DNA from: a virus
Lineage: Duplodnaviria > Caudoviricetes
DNA: 45,129 nucleotides
Direction: 5' to 3' (one strand)
Virus record (IMG/VR): IMGVR_UViG_3300043773_000874
Coordinates: 1 to 45,129 of that record
The notes beneath the pieces were generated by a model. It was not told where the DNA came from, did not search any database, and was given only the letters and a program-made list of their open reading frames with translations. Shown here piece after piece: positions 42,389 through 45,129 of the stretch. Positions within the stretch are counted from its first letter, which is position 1. Each line of letters opens with the position of its first letter. A program made the position numbers and the translations under genes.

Positions 42389-43698
42389 GTCAGTAGCATC
42401 TTGAATATTCTTTCATTCCACTTTGAGGCTGGACGATCCATGGAATCTGTCCAGCTTGATGGGTGGTCTTGATGGTGGAGGATTTTTTCATTCGGGATTT
42501 CGGCAGGATAGCGGTCTTCGATCAAGTTGTCCATCGTGGAAACCCATCCGAATTGACGCCTGATCCAAGCGGCTACGGCCAAGTCAAACCAAGGGGAGGC
42601 CACGGCACAGTCAGGGAAATTGTAGATTCGGTCTGCCAGCCAGTCCCAACGGAAGGCAAATAGCTCCCTGCCTATGTGGTTGGGATCGCGCCTCACCCCG
42701 ACAGCCCCGAACCTACGGCAATGTTTGACTACTTTGTGGAGGTTGATGATCTGCACATCATCATTAGTCCAGACAATGATATCCCGACCCTTGGTAAACT
42801 TGAGAGCCTTGGCCAGCATCTCCTTCAGCATGGGTAGGGGGCGTCGATCCCCAATATTCTGAGCCGTCCGATGGATATTATCTGCTGTCAGCATGTGGTC
42901 GAAGTGCGCCTTTTGGCTCTTTAAAGCCTCTCTATGGCGTTTTTCTTGCCCGAATCGATCCACAATCGCCCAGACTTCACCAACTGGAAGCAGGGTTTTT
43001 TCCACCTCGTCACAGATCTGGTCTACGTTGTAGTCCCGATATCGGAAGGTAGAGGTAGCGGTAACTGGAGGTGGACTCCCGCGCCATCCTTCATTAATCA
43101 AAGCAATCGTCGGACACTTGGCAGCATTAGCCAGCCATAGGTGGAGCGTGTCAATGGTCACCAGACAGGATGCCGCATCCAGAACCCCCAATAAATCAAA
43201 TGGCTTTTCTGCTTGGATAGTGGAGAGGTCTACGATTTTGTATTCGGGGAACCTTGCCCTGAGTCCGCGCATCAAATGTTCGCTATGCGCGAATGGCGAA
43301 GATACCCCATGGGTAGCCACAGCAATGAACGGGCTATCTGGAATTAGCTTTGCCTCTCGTTTCGGATCGCGTCGATCAAAGATGTAGGGATACTTCCTCC
43401 ACAGATCCCGAAACCCACCAAGTCGATAGCTTTCCAAAGCGTAGTTCTTTTCCTGTTTGGTTTCTTTCGGATGCATGAAGACCTGTGCTACCCTAAGATC
43501 TGGTAATCCTTGGCAGAGATTAATGCAATGCTGCAACTCCACGGGATCTCCGCTATACTTCTTTGTTTGGCAGTAGCTTGTCCCCTCAAAGATCGAAGAG
43601 TATTTCTCCGATGTTACAAAGGTGGTTCCCTTGTTGGCGTAAGCCACGGGCAAAAGATTGATATTATCTCCGAGTCTCCCCAGATTCAGGATGGTCAT
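42385..43698 (-). CDS. GT9 (heptosyltransferase-like, GT-B) domain fused to a GT-A-like domain
   Basis: GRLGDNI..LP and VTIDT..LWLA.A..CPTIAL; C-terminal IVWTNDDV and P.FD. Confidence 0.7.
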   Translation of the reverse strand: MTILNLGRLGDNINLLPVAYANKGTTFVTSEKYSSIFEGTSYCQTKKYSGDPVELQHCINLCQGLPDLRVAQVFMHPKETKQEKNYALESYRLGGFRDLWRKYPYIFDRRDPKREAKLIPDSPFIAVATHGVSSPFAHSEHLMRGLRARFPEYKIVDLSTIQAEKPFDLLGVLDAASCLVTIDTLHLWLANAAKCPTIALINEGWRGSPPPVTATSTFRYRDYNVDQICDEVEKTLLPVGEVWAIVDRFGQEKRHREALKSQKAHFDHMLTADNIHRTAQNIGDRRPLPMLKEMLAKALKFTKGRDIIVWTNDDVQIINLHKVVKHCRRFGAVGVRRDPNHIGRELFAFRWDWLADRIYNFPDCAVASPWFDLAVAAWIRRQFGWVSTMDNLIEDRYPAEIPNEKILHHQDHPSSWTDSMDRPASKWNERIFKMLLT

Positions 43699-45128
43699 AG
43701 CTTCTTGAGCATATCCAAAAGAGGGAGGAGGTCAACCATGGAGGTGCGGCGTTTAATCTCTGCCTCCAGCATGGACTTGTATATACCGTGTATATCCAGA
43801 TCGGCTACGTCTTGGTGGGATATCCCACTTATCGCCGCCTCCGCATTGTTATCCAGTTGAGATATAGTCTTGGCTATAGATGCGGGATTCCCTGCCTCGT
43901 AGTCCGAGTCCATGATGGTCTGAATGTCGCTATCCGACAATAAATTCCAGTTGTAGGCTAACGCCGACTCCTTCCCACAGAGTAAGAGATGGGCAACTAA
44001 CTGCTTCCAAGCCTCTCCCTTCTGTTCTCCGTAGCGTGTTTCGGTGGGTAAGGCTATGTGTCCTCCTCCCATGGCCATCTTTTTTTTGAGTTGGGCAGAC
44101 TTGATGCCAAGCAGCTTCGCACACCTGTTAGCCAGTTCATCCCGCTCAATCCCGTCTTCCAAGACAGACAGGGCTTGCCCGACCTTGCCCATGGCAATCT
44201 GTTTATCCTCAATTGAGTTTTTATCCAGCGATTCCGCCAATGCTTCAGGATAGATCTTGGCATTTGAGATCAGACTCGCAAGGTCTCCGCCCGAAACAAT
44301 GAAGGAGTCGGGATCTCCATCGGGCAGCATGACGGCCCTGACTTTGACTCCGAGGCTTGCCAGCCCCGCAAACGCTTTGGAAGCCGCCTCCTTGCCCGCT
44401 TTGTCCCCGTCGAATACCAAGACAGCCTCCCCGCATAAACGTCGAATGGTGGAGCCGTGGGATGCGGTGAATCCCGTGCCCAAAGGAGCAACGGCATTGG
44501 TGATCCCGTTCAAGTGGCATCTGATAGTATCAATCTGTCCCTCGACAATGACCGCTTGCCCCGAATCGATGATGGATCGTTTGGCCTTATCCAGCCCGTA
44601 GAGAAGCTTTCCCTTGTGGAATAGGGGGGATTCTGGTGAGTTGAGATACTTGGCAGGGTGGTTATCGGTGGTTCTCCCACTAAATCCAACCAGAGTTCCC
44701 GACTCATCCGCTATCCCGAACATAATCCGATTGGTAAAACGTAGCGTCCCATTATCGTAAGTTAGACCCGATAGGGTATGATGATTGGTATTACCAGATA
44801 GATTATACCTGTTCGGGGCGAAGCCGATCTTCCATTCCTCGCAGATCTCTTTATTGAATCCGCGCTCTTTAAGGATCTTTCGGGCTTCGGTCCCCTCCTT
44901 ACTTAAAAGAAAACTGAAAAATTGTTGGTGGGCTTTGTAGACCACAGATACCAAGCCCCTTCGTAGCTTGTCCGCTTCGGACTCTTGTTCCTCAATGGCA
45001 ACCCCAGCCTTGGCACCAAGCTTACGGACAGCTTCTGGAAAGTTAATCTTGTCCATCTCCATGATGAAGCGGAAGACCGACCCACCTGCCCCGCATCCAA
45101 AACATTTATAGTTTCCTTTTTCATCATT
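43695..45128 (-). CDS. dnaG: DNA primase, DnaG-type (5' end outside the window)
   Basis: In-frame upstream YKCFGCGAGG zinc finger; GFSGR, KYLNSPE..F.KG..LY, VEG.ID, FDGD.AG, DPD Toprim motifs. Confidence 0.95.
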   Translation of the reverse strand, partial: NDEKGNYKCFGCGAGGSVFRFIMEMDKINFPEAVRKLGAKAGVAIEEQESEADKLRRGLVSVVYKAHQQFFSFLLSKEGTEARKILKERGFNKEICEEWKIGFAPNRYNLSGNTNHHTLSGLTYDNGTLRFTNRIMFGIADESGTLVGFSGRTTDNHPAKYLNSPESPLFHKGKLLYGLDKAKRSIIDSGQAVIVEGQIDTIRCHLNGITNAVAPLGTGFTASHGSTIRRLCGEAVLVFDGDKAGKEAASKAFAGLASLGVKVRAVMLPDGDPDSFIVSGGDLASLISNAKIYPEALAESLDKNSIEDKQIAMGKVGQALSVLEDGIERDELANRCAKLLGIKSAQLKKKMAMGGGHIALPTETRYGEQKGEAWKQLVAHLLLCGKESALAYNWNLLSDSDIQTIMDSDYEAGNPASIAKTISQLDNNAEAAISGISHQDVADLDIHGIYKSMLEAEIKRRTSMVDLLPLLDMLKKL

Positions 45129-45129
45129 G

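Larger units (their letters stand above)
1..45129. mobile_element. Tailed dsDNA bacteriophage genome fragment (podovirus-like)
   Basis: Portal-scaffold-capsid block, tail fibres, holins plus CHAP endolysin, ejection-type proteins and primase; tightly packed genes with ATGA overlaps; no host housekeeping genes. Confidence 0.95.

Noticed and set aside
44903-45127. 74-aa ORF suggesting a primase frameshift
   Set aside because: The primase frame itself is open to the window edge and encodes the CFGC zinc finger, so no frameshift is needed
1-45129. Alternative genetic code or prophage boundaries
   Set aside because: Genes tile densely under the standard code with all three stops used; no integrase, att site or host genes seen

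Overview
The whole window is a gene-dense fragment of a tailed dsDNA bacteriophage genome, probably podovirus-like. No terminase, integrase, tape measure, tRNA or CRISPR is visible. Gene order on the + strand: tail-fibre/receptor-binding module (1-8003), portal, scaffold, major capsid and head genes (8047-14927), lysis cassette with CHAP endolysin (14924-16753), and nucleotide-metabolism genes including an intein-containing metallophosphoesterase (16750-19824). A convergent minus-strand operon of probable tail genes follows (19825-23854), then a divergent control region with a candidate sRNA (23855-24059). After that come DNA-processing genes and small basic proteins (24060-26594), a glycosyltransferase, a head-tail adaptor, two ejection-type proteins and a 2972-aa polyvalent protein (26591-39463). 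The window ends with a glycosyltransferase/methyltransferase cluster (39470-43698) and a truncated DnaG primase. The most unusual signals are: (i) two fibre-like proteins with Sec-type signal peptides, a shared PTNFW module and extreme Thr-Asn enrichment, in a genome with a large glycan-modification toolkit; (ii) a ~75-nt promoter-to-terminator sRNA whose unpaired core is complementary to CACACA-ATG translation starts; (iii) a structured leader and long hairpin around the capsid gene; (iv) swappable enzyme cassettes in the giant protein. A Verrucomicrobia-like host is suggested by SD-less CA/A-rich starts and TN-rich exported proteins, but this is inference only. All family calls come from motif recognition by eye, not from database searches.
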